Part shown: positions 1 to 10,692 of the stretch, piece by piece | How positions within the stretch are numbered: position 1 is the first letter of the stretch | Layout of the letters: each line of letters begins with the position of its first letter | Assembly: GCA_965601735.1 (NCBI GenBank) | Contig: OZ271840.1 | Location: 2,500,473 to 2,564,472, forward strand | Direction: 5' to 3' | DNA from: Alphaproteobacteria bacterium | Lineage (GTDB): Bacteria > Pseudomonadota > Alphaproteobacteria > JBBDQX01 | Length of the DNA stretch: 64,000 nucleotides | Program-made: the position numbers and the translations under genes | The notes under the pieces: generated by a model | What the model was told of the DNA's origin: nothing | Databases searched by the model: none | What the model saw: the letters and a program-made list of their open reading frames with translations, nothing else

Positions 1-89
1 GCCGGGTTGTTGAGGATCACCGTGGCGATCGCGCCGTCGTCGCTGCGCTCGACCAGGATGCCGGTTTCGGGGTCGGGAAAGGCGGTCAT
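1..89 (-). CDS. 5' fragment (N-terminus) of an enoyl-CoA hydratase/isomerase (crotonase) family gene; the rest lies beyond the window start
   Basis: Minus-strand ATG at 89..87 gives MTAFPDPETGILVERSDDGAIATVILNNP, a typical crotonase N-terminus. It lies 1 nt downstream of the stop (93..91) of the preceding minus-strand gene. Confidence 0.45.
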   Translation of the reverse strand, partial: MTAFPDPETGILVERSDDGAIATVILNNP

Positions 90-90
90 G

Positions 91-834
91 TCAGGGCGTC
101 GTCTCCATGGCTTGGCGCGCGTGGGCAAAGCGGGTGGGGCCGGGGGTGCCGGCGATCTCGCGCAGTAGCTTGCGCTGCACCGCGCGCTGGAAATCCTCAA
201 AGTTCTGGGCCACGACCATAAACGCCGCCGGGCCGCCGATCACCTCTTCGCGGAAGTAGGTGTCCAGGTTGAGGGGAGGAAGCCGGCTCTTGAAGAAGCG
301 GCTGTAATTGACGATCGGCAGGCCGTTGATGGTGATGCCGCGCGCAATGGCGTCGGCGCGGGCGTCGGCCAACGGCCGGCCCTTGTTGTTGCGCCCGTCG
401 CCGGACACGTCGATGACCTTACGGCGCCCCTCGAAGCCATTGGTCTCGATATGGTTCACCGACACGTCGATGGCGCGGCTGATCGAGGTGTGGAAGCCGG
501 TGCCGATGGGCTCGGCCGCTAGGCGGTCGGCGAAGGCCCGGGCGTCGGCGGGGTTTTCGATCAGCATCCAGTCGACCAGCAGGCGCTGATTACCGGCGTC
601 CGCCCACTCCATGTAGGCCAGCGCGATGCGGCCCAGCGTACCGTCCTTGATGGCGCGCATGGTATCGGGGCTGGTGATGGCCGCGAGGTAGCCCTCGCGC
701 TGCAGCTGGGCCTCGTCGGGCTGGATGGAGTCGGAGACATCCACCGCCAGCATCAACTCGACATCGACCTCAAGCGCGGCCGCGGGCGGGGCCAGCAGGC
801 AGAGGGCCAGGATTGTGGAGGAAAGCCGGCGCAT
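91..834 (-). CDS. DUF1194 (vWA-like) secreted protein
   Basis: ORF 91..951. The internal Met at 834 begins a signal-peptide-like MRRLSSTILALCLLAPPAAALE. The upstream 39 codons are Arg-rich and lie inside the oppF-like gene region. The sequence is DUF1194-like throughout. Confidence 0.6.
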   Translation of the reverse strand: MRRLSSTILALCLLAPPAAALEVDVELMLAVDVSDSIQPDEAQLQREGYLAAITSPDTMRAIKDGTLGRIALAYMEWADAGNQRLLVDWMLIENPADARAFADRLAAEPIGTGFHTSISRAIDVSVNHIETNGFEGRRKVIDVSGDGRNNKGRPLADARADAIARGITINGLPIVNYSRFFKSRLPPLNLDTYFREEVIGGPAAFMVVAQNFEDFQRAVQRKLLREIAGTPGPTRFAHARQAMETTP

Positions 835-845
835 GGCGCCGCGGA

Positions 846-1840
<995 letters not shown>

Positions 1841-1844
<4 letters not shown>

Positions 1845-2851
1845 GAGACCGTCTCCATGCTGCTGGCCCCGGCGCGGGTTTCGTCGGGCGAGAGCACGCA
1901 GCGGTAGCCGCGGCCCTCGTCGAGCCAGTTGATGTCGACCGCGTTCGGTGCGCAGCGGTCATTGGCCAGCGCACAGCGGTCGCGGAAATGGCAGCCGGGA
2001 ATTTCGCCCACCAGGCTCGGCACAATCCCCGGGATCGAGCCCAGGTGGTCGCCGCGCTTGGTCTTGCCGGGCACCGGGATGCAATCGAGCAGGCCGCGGG
2101 TATAGGGATGCAGCGGATCGCCGAATACCGCTTCCGCGCTACCCTTCTCGACGACCTGGCCGGCATACATCACGCAGACCCGGTCGGCCATGCGGGCGAC
2201 GACGCCGAGATCGTGGGTGATCAGAATCAGGCCCATGTGGAACTCGTCCTGCAGTTCCTTCAGCAGCAGCAGGATCTGTGCCTGGATGGTCACGTCGAGC
2301 GCGGTGGTGGGTTCGTCCGCGATAATCAGGTCGGGACCGCACATCAGCGTCATGGCGATCATCACCCGTTGGCGCAGACCGCCTGACAGCTGGTGCGGGT
2401 ACTGGCCAAGGCGCCCGGCCGCACCGGTAATGCCGACCTTTTCCAGCAGATAGACCGCGCGGTCGCGCGCCTCCTGACGCGACACCTGGCGGTGCCGCAG
2501 CATTGCCTCTTCCATCTGGTTGCCGATGGTGAAGGACGGATTGAGGCTGGTCATCGGCTCCTGGAAGATCATCCCCATGCGGTTGCCGCGGATGTCCGCC
2601 ATGTCCCGCTCGGGCGCATTCAGCAGGTCGATGCCGTCGAGCTCGAGCTTGTTGCCCGCACGGCTTGCGCGCTTCGGCAGCAGGCCCATGATCGCCAGTG
2701 AGGTCAGCGATTTGCCGCATCCCGACTCGCCGACGATGCACAGGGTCTCGCCCTTGTCGACGTGGAACGACACGTTCTGCACCGGGTGCAGCACGCCCGA
2801 CGCAAGCGGAATGTCGACGGTCAGGCCGTCGACCTCAAGCAGGACGCTCAA
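1841..2851 (-). CDS. Dpp/Opp-type peptide ABC transporter ATP-binding protein (DppD/OppD-like)
   Basis: Walker A GESGCGKS, signature LSGGLRQR, and an oligopeptide ABC C-terminal domain. 4-nt overlaps on both sides. Confidence 0.85.
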
Positions 2852-3798
2852 TTGCGGTTCTCCGGGGCGAGGATGTCGCGGGCACCGTCACCCAGCAGGT
2901 TGATCGCCAGCACCAGGGTGAAGATCGCAAAGCCCGGGATCATGATGAGGTACGGCTCGAACAGCATGTAATCGCGGCCCTCGGCCACCATCAGGCCCCA
3001 GGACGGGGTCGGCGGCTGCACGCCCACGCCGAGGAAGGATAGGGCGGCTTCCAGCAGGATCGCGTGCGCTACCTCGAAGGTCGCGATGACCAGCAGGTTG
3101 CCGAGCACGTTGGGCATGATTTCTGAGAGGATAATGCGCCGGGTCGAACAGCCAATGGCCTCCGCCGCCGCGACATAGTCGAGCGAGCGAATTTGCTGCG
3201 TCGTACTGCGCATGACCACGGTGAAGCGGTCCCATAATAGGAATCCGAGCACCAGGATGACCGTTGTCAGCGAACCGCCGACGACCACCACAAGGGCCAG
3301 GGCGACCATCACCACCGGCAGGGTCAGCCGGGTGGTCAGCAGGAAGGTGATCACCATGTCGACCCGGCCGCCGAAATAGCCGGCCATGATGCCCATGGTG
3401 GTGCCGAGCACACCGGAGATCGCCATCGCGGTGAAGCCGATCAGCAGTGAGATTTGCGAGCCATAAATGATGCGGCTGAGATAGTCGCGCCCCAGGGCGT
3501 CGGTGCCCAGGGGGTGCGCCCAGCTGCCGCCCTCGGCCCACACCGGGTAGACCAGCCGGTTGCCCAGGTCCTGGGCGTAGGGGTCGTAGGGCGCCAGCAG
3601 CGGCGCCGCCAGCGCCATGAAGATGATACCGAGGATGATCACCGCGGCGATCATGAAGCTGCCATGGCCGACGACGCGGCGCATGAACAGGGTCTGTGCG
3701 CTGGGCTCGTCGCGGCTCTCGACGCCGAGCGGATCGGCGCCGCCGGGGACGTCGCCGGAATCGGCCGGCGACACGCGGGTCATGGTGGGGGGTGCCAT
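2848..3798 (-). CDS. Dpp/Opp-type ABC permease (DppC/OppC-like)
   Basis: Multi-TM protein with an EAA-like permease loop. Start may be at the internal Met (MTRVSP). Confidence 0.8.
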   Translation of the reverse strand: MAPPTMTRVSPADSGDVPGGADPLGVESRDEPSAQTLFMRRVVGHGSFMIAAVIILGIIFMALAAPLLAPYDPYAQDLGNRLVYPVWAEGGSWAHPLGTDALGRDYLSRIIYGSQISLLIGFTAMAISGVLGTTMGIMAGYFGGRVDMVITFLLTTRLTLPVVMVALALVVVVGGSLTTVILVLGFLLWDRFTVVMRSTTQQIRSLDYVAAAEAIGCSTRRIILSEIMPNVLGNLLVIATFEVAHAILLEAALSFLGVGVQPPTPSWGLMVAEGRDYMLFEPYLIMIPGFAIFTLVLAINLLGDGARDILAPENRN

Positions 3799-3813
3799 TG
3801 TCCGGTCCTCCCG

Positions 3814-4731
3814 TCAGCTGACCCGGATGCGCGGGTCGAGCCACGCATTGAGCAGGTCGCCCAGCAACACCAGCACGATGTAGAAGGAGGCCACCAGCAG
3901 CAGAACTGCCTGGACGACGGCGAAGTCGTTTTTCAGCACCCCGTCATAGGCGAGTTTGCCGAGGCCCTGGATCTGGAACACCGTCTCGGTGACGATCGAA
4001 CCGCCCAGCATGTTGCCGAACTGCACCGCAGACAGCGCGACCACCGGGATCACCGCGTTACGCAGTGCGTGTTTGAACAGGATCACCCCGGTGCGCAGGC
4101 CCTTGGCCTTGGCGGTGCGGATGTAATCCGAGGACATCACTTCCAGCATGCCGGTCCGGGTCAGGCGCATGACCGCGGGGGTGGAGTAATAGCCCAGTGA
4201 GATCGCGGGCAGGATGAAGTGCCAGTAGGTGTCGGAGCCTGATATCGGCAGCCACGCCAGATACAGCCCGAACATGAACATCAGCATCAGGGCGAACCAG
4301 AACCCTGGTAACGCCTGTCCTAGAACGGCGATTGTTAACGCCGTTCTGTCGACCCATGAGTCCGGTCTAAGCGCCGCCAGCACGCCCATCGGGATCGACA
4401 GGCTCATGGCGAAGACGAGGCCGAACCCGGCCAGCGTCAGCGTGTTGCCAATGCGGTCCTGGATCAGGTTGGTGACCGACTGGGGATAGAACATGGATTC
4501 CCCGAAGTCGCCCTGGATCGCGCCGCCGACCCAATCGAGATATTGGATGTAATAGGGGCGGTTGAGGCCGAACCGCTCGCGGATGACTTCGACTTCCTCC
4601 GCGGTCGCATCGTCGCCGGCCAGCATGACCGCGAGGTCGCCCGAAATACGCAACAGGGAAAAGGCGATGATCGAGACGGTGAAGGCAACCAGGACTGCGA
4701 CAAACAGCCTGCGTGCCATGAATACGAGCAT
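3814..4731 (-). CDS. Dpp/Opp-type ABC permease (DppB/OppB-like)
   Basis: MLVFMARRLFVAVLVAFTVSIIAF... is a classic DppB N-terminus. Carries the BPD-transport permease motif. Confidence 0.85.
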   Translation of the reverse strand: MLVFMARRLFVAVLVAFTVSIIAFSLLRISGDLAVMLAGDDATAEEVEVIRERFGLNRPYYIQYLDWVGGAIQGDFGESMFYPQSVTNLIQDRIGNTLTLAGFGLVFAMSLSIPMGVLAALRPDSWVDRTALTIAVLGQALPGFWFALMLMFMFGLYLAWLPISGSDTYWHFILPAISLGYYSTPAVMRLTRTGMLEVMSSDYIRTAKAKGLRTGVILFKHALRNAVIPVVALSAVQFGNMLGGSIVTETVFQIQGLGKLAYDGVLKNDFAVVQAVLLLVASFYIVLVLLGDLLNAWLDPRIRVS

Positions 4732-4790
4732 GACGCCGGAACCCCGCTAAATCGTCAAAAGTTTAATTGAGCCGTTGGCTGAAGGTTTGA

Positions 4791-4818
4791 GGGCCGGCGG
4801 GATGTTTCCCGCCGGCCC
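4791..4818. other. Intercistronic GC-rich hairpin between the SBP gene and the permease gene (11-bp stem GGGCCGGCGGG / CCCGCCGGCCC, 6-nt loop)
   Basis: A perfect inverted repeat sits in the 104-bp gap between the dppA-like stop (4836) and the dppB-like start (4731). No U-tract follows on the transcribed (minus) strand, so it is more likely an mRNA-stabilising or partial-termination element than a full terminator. Confidence 0.45.
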
Positions 4819-4835
4819 CCGAACCGTTTCAGGCC

Positions 4836-6356
4836 TTACTTCCAGCGCGCGTTCCAGAACCGCGGCACTTCGTCCGGGCTCGGCGTGAACTCAAGCTGGT
4901 CGCTGTAGGCGTAGTTGTAGGCCCAGTTGAACAGCGGCAGCGCCAGCGCCTCCGAGGCGATCCGCTTGAGGGCGGCCGCATAGGCCTCCTTGCGGACTTC
5001 CTCGTCGGTGGTGTTGCCCTTGTTCATCAGGTCGATGACCTGCTGGTCCTTGGCCTGGTCGTCGGCACCGCCCTGGAACCAGTTGCCCATGATGGCGGTC
5101 ACGTCGTTGATCGACGACGAACCCCAGGTGCCGAAGTACAGGCGCAGGCCCTGCTCACGGCGCATCTTGCGCACCGCGCCCGAGCTGACGTAGGTCAGCT
5201 TCGGCTTGATGCCGACGGCCGTCAGGTTCCCGATCATCGCCTCGGCGATGGGACGGTCACGATAGGCGGCGAAGTCGGTCTCGAAGCCGTTCGGGTAGCC
5301 GGCCTCGGCCAGCAGCTGCTTGGCCTTGGCGGGGTCGTAGTCGTACTTGACCACGTTGTCGTCGATGCAGCCGAACTGGGTCGGGTAGCAGAAGACGTGC
5401 AATACGTCCGATGCCTCACCCATCAGCTCCTTGGCGATCTGCGGCCGGTTGATGGCGTGGCTGATCGCCTGACGGACCTTCTTGTTCAGCATCGGGTTTT
5501 CGCCCGGGCCGCCGGTCTTGCCCTGCACGTCGAAGGTCAGGAAGCCAACACGCATGGTGGCGCCCTGGGTGACGGTCAGGCCGCGCCGGCCGTCGAGCTT
5601 CTTGGCCTGGTCGGGCGGCACCCGCCAGATCCAGTCAAGGCCGCCGGACAGCAGTTCGGCGATCTGGGTGTTGCGCTCCTCGAGCCGGCGGAAGGTCATC
5701 TTGCCGATGGTCGCCTTCTTCGGGCCGTGGGCGTAATCGGCGTTGCGCTCGAACTCAAAGCGGTTGCCGTAGTCGATCGAGGTGGCCTTGTACGGGCCGG
5801 TGCCGACCGGAGCGGTCGCCATGCCGTCCTTGCCGACCTTGGCGTAGTACTCGTTCGGGTAGATGACCACGACGCTCGCCATGTACTGCATGGCCGAGGG
5901 GAACTCGGTCTTCAGCTTCACGCGAACGGTGTAGTCGTCGACCTTCTCGGCGCCAGCAATGAACTTGGTGCGGCTGACCGCAGTGATCTTGCTCGACGGG
6001 TCCGCCAGGTAGTTCATGGTGAAGACGACGTCGTCGGCGTTGAACGCCTCGCCGTTATGGAACTTGATGCCTTGCTTCAGCTTGAACTCGATGGTCTTGG
6101 AATCGATCCACTTGAACGACTCCGCCAGCGCCGGGCGGAAATTGCCGTTGGTGGGGTCGACTTCCATCAGCGAGTCCCAGACGTGGCGGCCCAGGATGAT
6201 GCCTTCACGCAGGGTGTTGTAATACATGTCGAAGTTATCGGGCTCGGAGTTCGAGGCCCAACGCAGGGTATCGTCGCTCTTGCCTGCCATCGCCTGGCCG
6301 GCCGTCAGAGCGATGCCGACGGCGAGCGCCGGCGCCATGAGGTGACGGATATTCAT
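4836..6356 (-). CDS. Family-5 ABC transporter periplasmic substrate-binding protein (DppA/OppA-like)
   Basis: ORF 4836..6431. The Met at 6356 starts the signal peptide MNIRHLMAPALAVGIALTAGQAMA, with a GAGGGAG RBS upstream. SBP_bac_5-like sequence. Confidence 0.8.
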   Translation of the reverse strand: MNIRHLMAPALAVGIALTAGQAMAGKSDDTLRWASNSEPDNFDMYYNTLREGIILGRHVWDSLMEVDPTNGNFRPALAESFKWIDSKTIEFKLKQGIKFHNGEAFNADDVVFTMNYLADPSSKITAVSRTKFIAGAEKVDDYTVRVKLKTEFPSAMQYMASVVVIYPNEYYAKVGKDGMATAPVGTGPYKATSIDYGNRFEFERNADYAHGPKKATIGKMTFRRLEERNTQIAELLSGGLDWIWRVPPDQAKKLDGRRGLTVTQGATMRVGFLTFDVQGKTGGPGENPMLNKKVRQAISHAINRPQIAKELMGEASDVLHVFCYPTQFGCIDDNVVKYDYDPAKAKQLLAEAGYPNGFETDFAAYRDRPIAEAMIGNLTAVGIKPKLTYVSSGAVRKMRREQGLRLYFGTWGSSSINDVTAIMGNWFQGGADDQAKDQQVIDLMNKGNTTDEEVRKEAYAAALKRIASEALALPLFNWAYNYAYSDQLEFTPSPDEVPRFWNARWK

Positions 6357-6546
6357 CCTCGTCAATCTCCCTCTGTGACGTGTGGTTGCCAAAATCGCGG
6401 GGGCCTGTTCTGGTCTCTCCCGCGCACTCACTCCCCCCGCCCGGCACCGGAACCTGGCCTGGCAACGCAGCCAGGTTCGGTCGGAATGTTGCCGACGCGG
6501 TTTGTTGAAATCACGTTACACAACGCTTTGAGCGTCCCGCAAGACC

Positions 6547-6572
6547 GAATCTGCGCGATTCAGACCCGATTC
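6547..6572. promoter_or_regulatory. Helically phased GAATC / GATTC half-sites (GAATC-N5-GATTC palindrome plus a third GATTC 11 bp on) in the divergent dpp/hydrolase-array control region
   Basis: GAATC at 6547, GATTC at 6557 and GATTC at 6568 lie in the 309-bp divergent intergenic region (6357-6665), about 95-120 bp upstream of the PrpD-like ATG. Confidence 0.3.
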
Positions 6573-6665
6573 CGGCGGCGCGAATTGCGGGGGGTTGGCT
6601 GCTGGTTGTATTCTGGTGGAAAGCACCGGCGGCTCGTCCTGCGCCGGCCACTCCGGGAGAAGATC

Positions 6666-8087
6666 ATGGAAGCGACCAAGGCGCTGGCCCAGTGGGCCGC
6701 TGAGGCGGAAGTTCTGGATTCTGCGGTGGTGCGCGAACGGGCGCGCGACGCGATCTACGACGTCATCGGCTGCATCGTCGCCGGTGCGGGAGACGCGGGC
6801 TCCGCCCGGGTGCGCCAGGCGATGGCCGGCTGGGGCGACGGGCCGGCAACCGTGATCGGCAGCCGCGCCAAGGCATCCGCTCCTTGGGCGGCGCTGGCCA
6901 ACGGGATGGCGGCCCATGCCCTTGATTTCGATGACAATTACGGCCCCGCCTTCACCCACGCCACGGCGGTGCTGATCCCCGCGCTGTTGCCCTTGGCCGA
7001 GGAGATTGATGCCTCGGGCCGGCAACTGATGGATGCCTATATCGTTGGCCTCGAGGCCCAGGCCGGTGTCGGCCTCGGCGTCAATCGGGCGCACTACGAT
7101 ATGGGCTGGCACGGCACATCCACGGTCGGCTGTATTGGCGCGGCAGCGGCCTGCGGCCGGCTGCTCGGCCTCGACGCGAGACAGATGGCCTACGGTATCA
7201 GCCTTGGCGTCAGCATGGCGTCGGGCCCCAAGGTGCAGTTCGGCACCATGGCCAAGCCCTATCACGCCGGCATGGCAGCGCAGCATGCGGTGATGGCCGC
7301 CAGCCTCGCGGCCCAGGATTTTGAGGCCCGCGACGTGGCGCTGGAGGGCAAGCTTGGCTTCCGCGACCTCTATGCCGGCGACGTTGCCCAGGGCTGGGAC
7401 GACGTGATGCCCCATCTCGGCAATCCCCTGAAGCTCGAGCGCTACGGCCTGTCGCCGAAGCTCTATCCCTGCTGCGGCAGCGCCCACAAGGTGCTCGACA
7501 TGGTCATCGCCCTGCGTAACGAGCACGGCTTCACCGCCGACGATGTCGCGGGCGTGGAGACCAAGATCGGCTTCGGCAACCGCCGCAACCTGATGTACGA
7601 CGACCCCCAGCAAGAGATGGAGGCGCGTTTCTCGCTGACCTACTGCGTCGCGGTGGCGCTGCTCAACGGCCGGATGTCCCTGGGGGACTTCACGCCGGAC
7701 GCGGTACATCGTCCGGAAATCCGCCGCCTGCTGCCGCTTACGTCTATCGAGGCCTATCCCCAGGATGCGGAGACTGCTGATCCGGAATCGCGCATGCCCC
7801 ACGATGTGACCATTCGCCTGAAGGATGGCCGGGTGCTGTCGGAGAGCCGCAAGTGGGCGCGCGGCACCATCTATGACCCGTTCGGCCCTGAGGACTATGA
7901 CGCGAAGTTCGCTGATTGCTGCGCCGGCTTCCTGTCCGACGAGGACATGGCGGCAGCCCAGGCGAAGCTGCGTGACATAGAAGATCTCGGTTCAGTCCGT
8001 GATCTCACCGCGCATTTGGTGTTCGAGGCCGGCAGCGACCGCGGCGAGCGCTTTGCCACCCGCTTTGGCAAGGTGGCGGCCCAGTGA
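6666..8087 (+). CDS. MmgE/PrpD family protein (2-methylcitrate dehydratase superfamily), paralog 1
   Basis: Start MEATKALAQW at 6666. The 896-aa six-frame ORF upstream of it is antisense to the SBP gene. The sequence is PrpD-fold along its length. Confidence 0.8.
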   Translation: MEATKALAQWAAEAEVLDSAVVRERARDAIYDVIGCIVAGAGDAGSARVRQAMAGWGDGPATVIGSRAKASAPWAALANGMAAHALDFDDNYGPAFTHATAVLIPALLPLAEEIDASGRQLMDAYIVGLEAQAGVGLGVNRAHYDMGWHGTSTVGCIGAAAACGRLLGLDARQMAYGISLGVSMASGPKVQFGTMAKPYHAGMAAQHAVMAASLAAQDFEARDVALEGKLGFRDLYAGDVAQGWDDVMPHLGNPLKLERYGLSPKLYPCCGSAHKVLDMVIALRNEHGFTADDVAGVETKIGFGNRRNLMYDDPQQEMEARFSLTYCVAVALLNGRMSLGDFTPDAVHRPEIRRLLPLTSIEAYPQDAETADPESRMPHDVTIRLKDGRVLSESRKWARGTIYDPFGPEDYDAKFADCCAGFLSDEDMAAAQAKLRDIEDLGSVRDLTAHLVFEAGSDRGERFATRFGKVAAQ

Positions 8088-9223
8088 GCGCCGCCAACCC
8101 TTTCGGGCTTCGCGCCAACAGCCTGCTGTCTGGCATCCGCAAGTGGGTCGAGATCGAGTCGCCCAGCGACGACAAGGCCGCCGTCAACAAGATGATGGAC
8201 CTGGCCGAGGCCGAACTGAACGACATCGGCCTCGCCGTCGATCGCATCCCCATGAAGGGCGGGGTCGGCGACTGCCTGCGCGGGCGCAGCGCGCCGGATG
8301 ATAAGCGGCCGGGCATTCTGGTGATGAGCCACCTGGATACGGTGCACCCCATCGGCACCCTGGCGGGGCCGCTGCCCTTCCGGGTCGAGGAGGACCGCGC
8401 CTACGGTCCCGGCATCGCCGACATGAAGGGCGGCGCCTGGATGGGGGTGAACGCGCTCCGGGTGCTGGCCAAGCGTGGCGAGGCGACGCCGTTGCCGGTG
8501 ACCGTGCTGCTGACAACAGACGAGGAGCTGGGCAGCCGCGAATCCCGCGCGCTGATCGAGGAAGAGGGTGCCAAGGCGAAATACGTGCTGGTGACCGAGC
8601 CGGGCCGCGACGGCGGTCATTGCGTCACCGGGCGGCGCGGCGGCGGCCGCTACCGCATGGAGGTGACGGGCCGGCCGGCCCATTCGGGCGTTGCCCACAA
8701 GGACGGCCGAAGCGCGGTGCATGAACTGGCCAAGCAGATCGTCAAGCTCGAGGCTATGACCGACTACGACAAGGACATCTCGATCAATGTCGGCACCATC
8801 GGCGGCGGCACCAAGAACAATGTGGTGCCGGAACATGCCTGGGCCGGCATCGACCTGCGGGTCAGCCGCCCCGCGGACGCGGCGCGGATGGACAAGAAGG
8901 TCCGCGGCCTGAAGCCGCTGGGCAAGGACGTCACCGTGGAGGTGACCGGGGGCCTGACCCGGCCGCCCTTCTCCAAGAGCGCGGGGATCGAGGCGCTGTA
9001 TCAGCACGCCAAGAACCTGGCGGCAGAGATCGGCACGCCGCTACCCGACATGAGCACCGGCGGCGGGTCGGACGGCAACTTCACCGCGGCGCTCGGCATT
9101 CCCACCCTCGACGGACTCGGCGCCGACGGCACGGGGTTCCATACCCATGATGAGTACATCCTCGTCTCCCAGCTAATCCCGCGGCAGACGCTGATGATCC
9201 GGCTGCTGCAGACCCTGGCCTGA
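8084..9223 (+). CDS. M20 family metallopeptidase, carboxypeptidase G2 (glutamate carboxypeptidase)-like, paralog 1
   Basis: HLDTVHP, GPGIADMKGG, EEEG and SGGGSDGNF motifs of M20A CPG2-like enzymes. ATGA overlap with the upstream gene. Confidence 0.8.
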   Translation: MSAANPFGLRANSLLSGIRKWVEIESPSDDKAAVNKMMDLAEAELNDIGLAVDRIPMKGGVGDCLRGRSAPDDKRPGILVMSHLDTVHPIGTLAGPLPFRVEEDRAYGPGIADMKGGAWMGVNALRVLAKRGEATPLPVTVLLTTDEELGSRESRALIEEEGAKAKYVLVTEPGRDGGHCVTGRRGGGRYRMEVTGRPAHSGVAHKDGRSAVHELAKQIVKLEAMTDYDKDISINVGTIGGGTKNNVVPEHAWAGIDLRVSRPADAARMDKKVRGLKPLGKDVTVEVTGGLTRPPFSKSAGIEALYQHAKNLAAEIGTPLPDMSTGGGSDGNFTAALGIPTLDGLGADGTGFHTHDEYILVSQLIPRQTLMIRLLQTLA

Positions 9224-9228
9224 GCGCG

Positions 9229-10647
9229 ATGATTCCCGCCGACCGCAGCATCCGTGATCTTGCCGCCGACCTGGCGTCGGGCAAGGTGCGCGCCGCCGAC
9301 CTGGCGGAAATGGCGATTGCCGGCCATGACGCCCATGGCGGACCGCTCGACGCCTACAAGCACTGGGAGCCGGATGCGCTGCGCCAGCAGGCCGCGGCGC
9401 TGGACGCCCTGTTCGCAGCCGGCTATCCGGCGGGCCCGCTGGGCGGAATGCCGGTTTCGGTGAAGGACCTCTATGGCGCGGCGGGCATGCCGATCTTTGC
9501 CGGCACGCCGAAGGAACTGCCCGCCGAATGGCAGCGCGACGGCACCGTGGTCCGCGCGGTGCGCGATGCCCATGGCATGGTCACCGGCAAGACCCACACG
9601 GTGGAGTTCGCCTTCGGACCCGTCGGCACCAACGCCCACTGGGGCGCCCCGCGCAATCCGTGGGACGCGGCGGCGCACCGGGTGTGCGGCGGGTCCAGCG
9701 CAGGGGCCGGCGTGTCGCTGGCGGAAGGCTCGGCCGTGGTCGCGCTGGGCTCGGACACTGGCGGCTCGATCCGCATTCCGGCCAGCGTGACCGGCCAGGT
9801 CGGCCTCAAGCTCACCATCGACCGCTGGCCGGTCGACGGCATCGTGCCGCTCAGCCCCAGCTTCGACACGCCCGGGCCGCTGACCCGGACCGTCGAGGAC
9901 GCGGCCTTCGCCTTCGCCGCCATCGACCCGGCCTGGTCCGACAGCGAGTCCCTGTTCGCCTATCTCGACGGGCTGGGCGCCGCGGACCTGCGCCTCGCGG
10001 TCTGCGACGACTACTTCTTCGACAATTGCGATCCCGGCGTCGCCGAGGGGGTGAAGGGCGCGCTCGACGAACTCACCGCCGCCGGCGCGCGGCTGCGGTC
10101 GCTCGACATGCCTGAGGCGCTGGAAAGCCGGGAGCGTTTCTTCCGAGGCGGCTTCCTGGGCGTGGAGGGGGTCGGTTTCGTCGACGAGCTGTTCCCCGAC
10201 CGGATCGAGACGCTGGACCCGGATGTGGGCAGCCGGTTCGAGCATGTGCGCGGGGTCTCGGCGATCGAGTACTACACCGAGCTGCGCCATGTCCGCGCGC
10301 TGGCCGCGCAGGTGGACGCGAAGCTGCGCCATGTGGATGCGCTGGTCACGCCCACCGTGCCGATCACGCCGCCGACGGTGGATACGGTGTCCAACCGCAA
10401 GGACTACAGCCGCGCCAGCGTGAAGATGACCCAGAACACCCAGCCGGTGAATTTCCTCGGCCTGTGCGCGATCACCCTGCCGGTGGCGCTGGATGCGGTG
10501 GGCATGCCCGTCGGCATGCAGCTGGTCGGCCGCGCGGGGGACGAGGAACGGCTGCTGGCGGCGGCGCTTGCCGTGGAACGCAAGATCGGCACCGGGCGGG
10601 CACGAATCGGCACGCCGCCCCTGTGCAGCGGCGCTGCGCCGGACTAG
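9229..10647 (+). CDS. Amidase signature (AS) family amidase
   Basis: GGSSAGAG...GSDTGGSIRIPAS core (Ser-cisSer-Lys family). Confidence 0.85.
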   Translation: MIPADRSIRDLAADLASGKVRAADLAEMAIAGHDAHGGPLDAYKHWEPDALRQQAAALDALFAAGYPAGPLGGMPVSVKDLYGAAGMPIFAGTPKELPAEWQRDGTVVRAVRDAHGMVTGKTHTVEFAFGPVGTNAHWGAPRNPWDAAAHRVCGGSSAGAGVSLAEGSAVVALGSDTGGSIRIPASVTGQVGLKLTIDRWPVDGIVPLSPSFDTPGPLTRTVEDAAFAFAAIDPAWSDSESLFAYLDGLGAADLRLAVCDDYFFDNCDPGVAEGVKGALDELTAAGARLRSLDMPEALESRERFFRGGFLGVEGVGFVDELFPDRIETLDPDVGSRFEHVRGVSAIEYYTELRHVRALAAQVDAKLRHVDALVTPTVPITPPTVDTVSNRKDYSRASVKMTQNTQPVNFLGLCAITLPVALDAVGMPVGMQLVGRAGDEERLLAAALAVERKIGTGRARIGTPPLCSGAAPD

Positions 10648-10692
10648 GCTTCAATCAGGCTTCGGACAGGTTTCGGGACAAGGGAGAGCGCG

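Noticed and set aside
4339-4360. AACGGCG-ATTGTTAA-CGCCGTT inverted repeat in a local low-GC patch
   Set aside because: Lies inside the dppB-like coding frame, with the protein sequence intact and conserved. Most likely coincidental.
6449-6476. TGGCAA-CGCAG-CCAGG as a possible sigma54 promoter in the dpp control region
   Set aside because: It lacks the GG-N10-GC spacing (no TTGC -12 element). It is better explained as a CCTGGC/GCCAGG hairpin.
5397-6665. N-terminal 423 codons of the 896-aa ORF 5397..8087
   Set aside because: Antisense to the SBP gene and its promoter. The real PrpD-family gene starts at ATG 6666 (MEATKALAQ).
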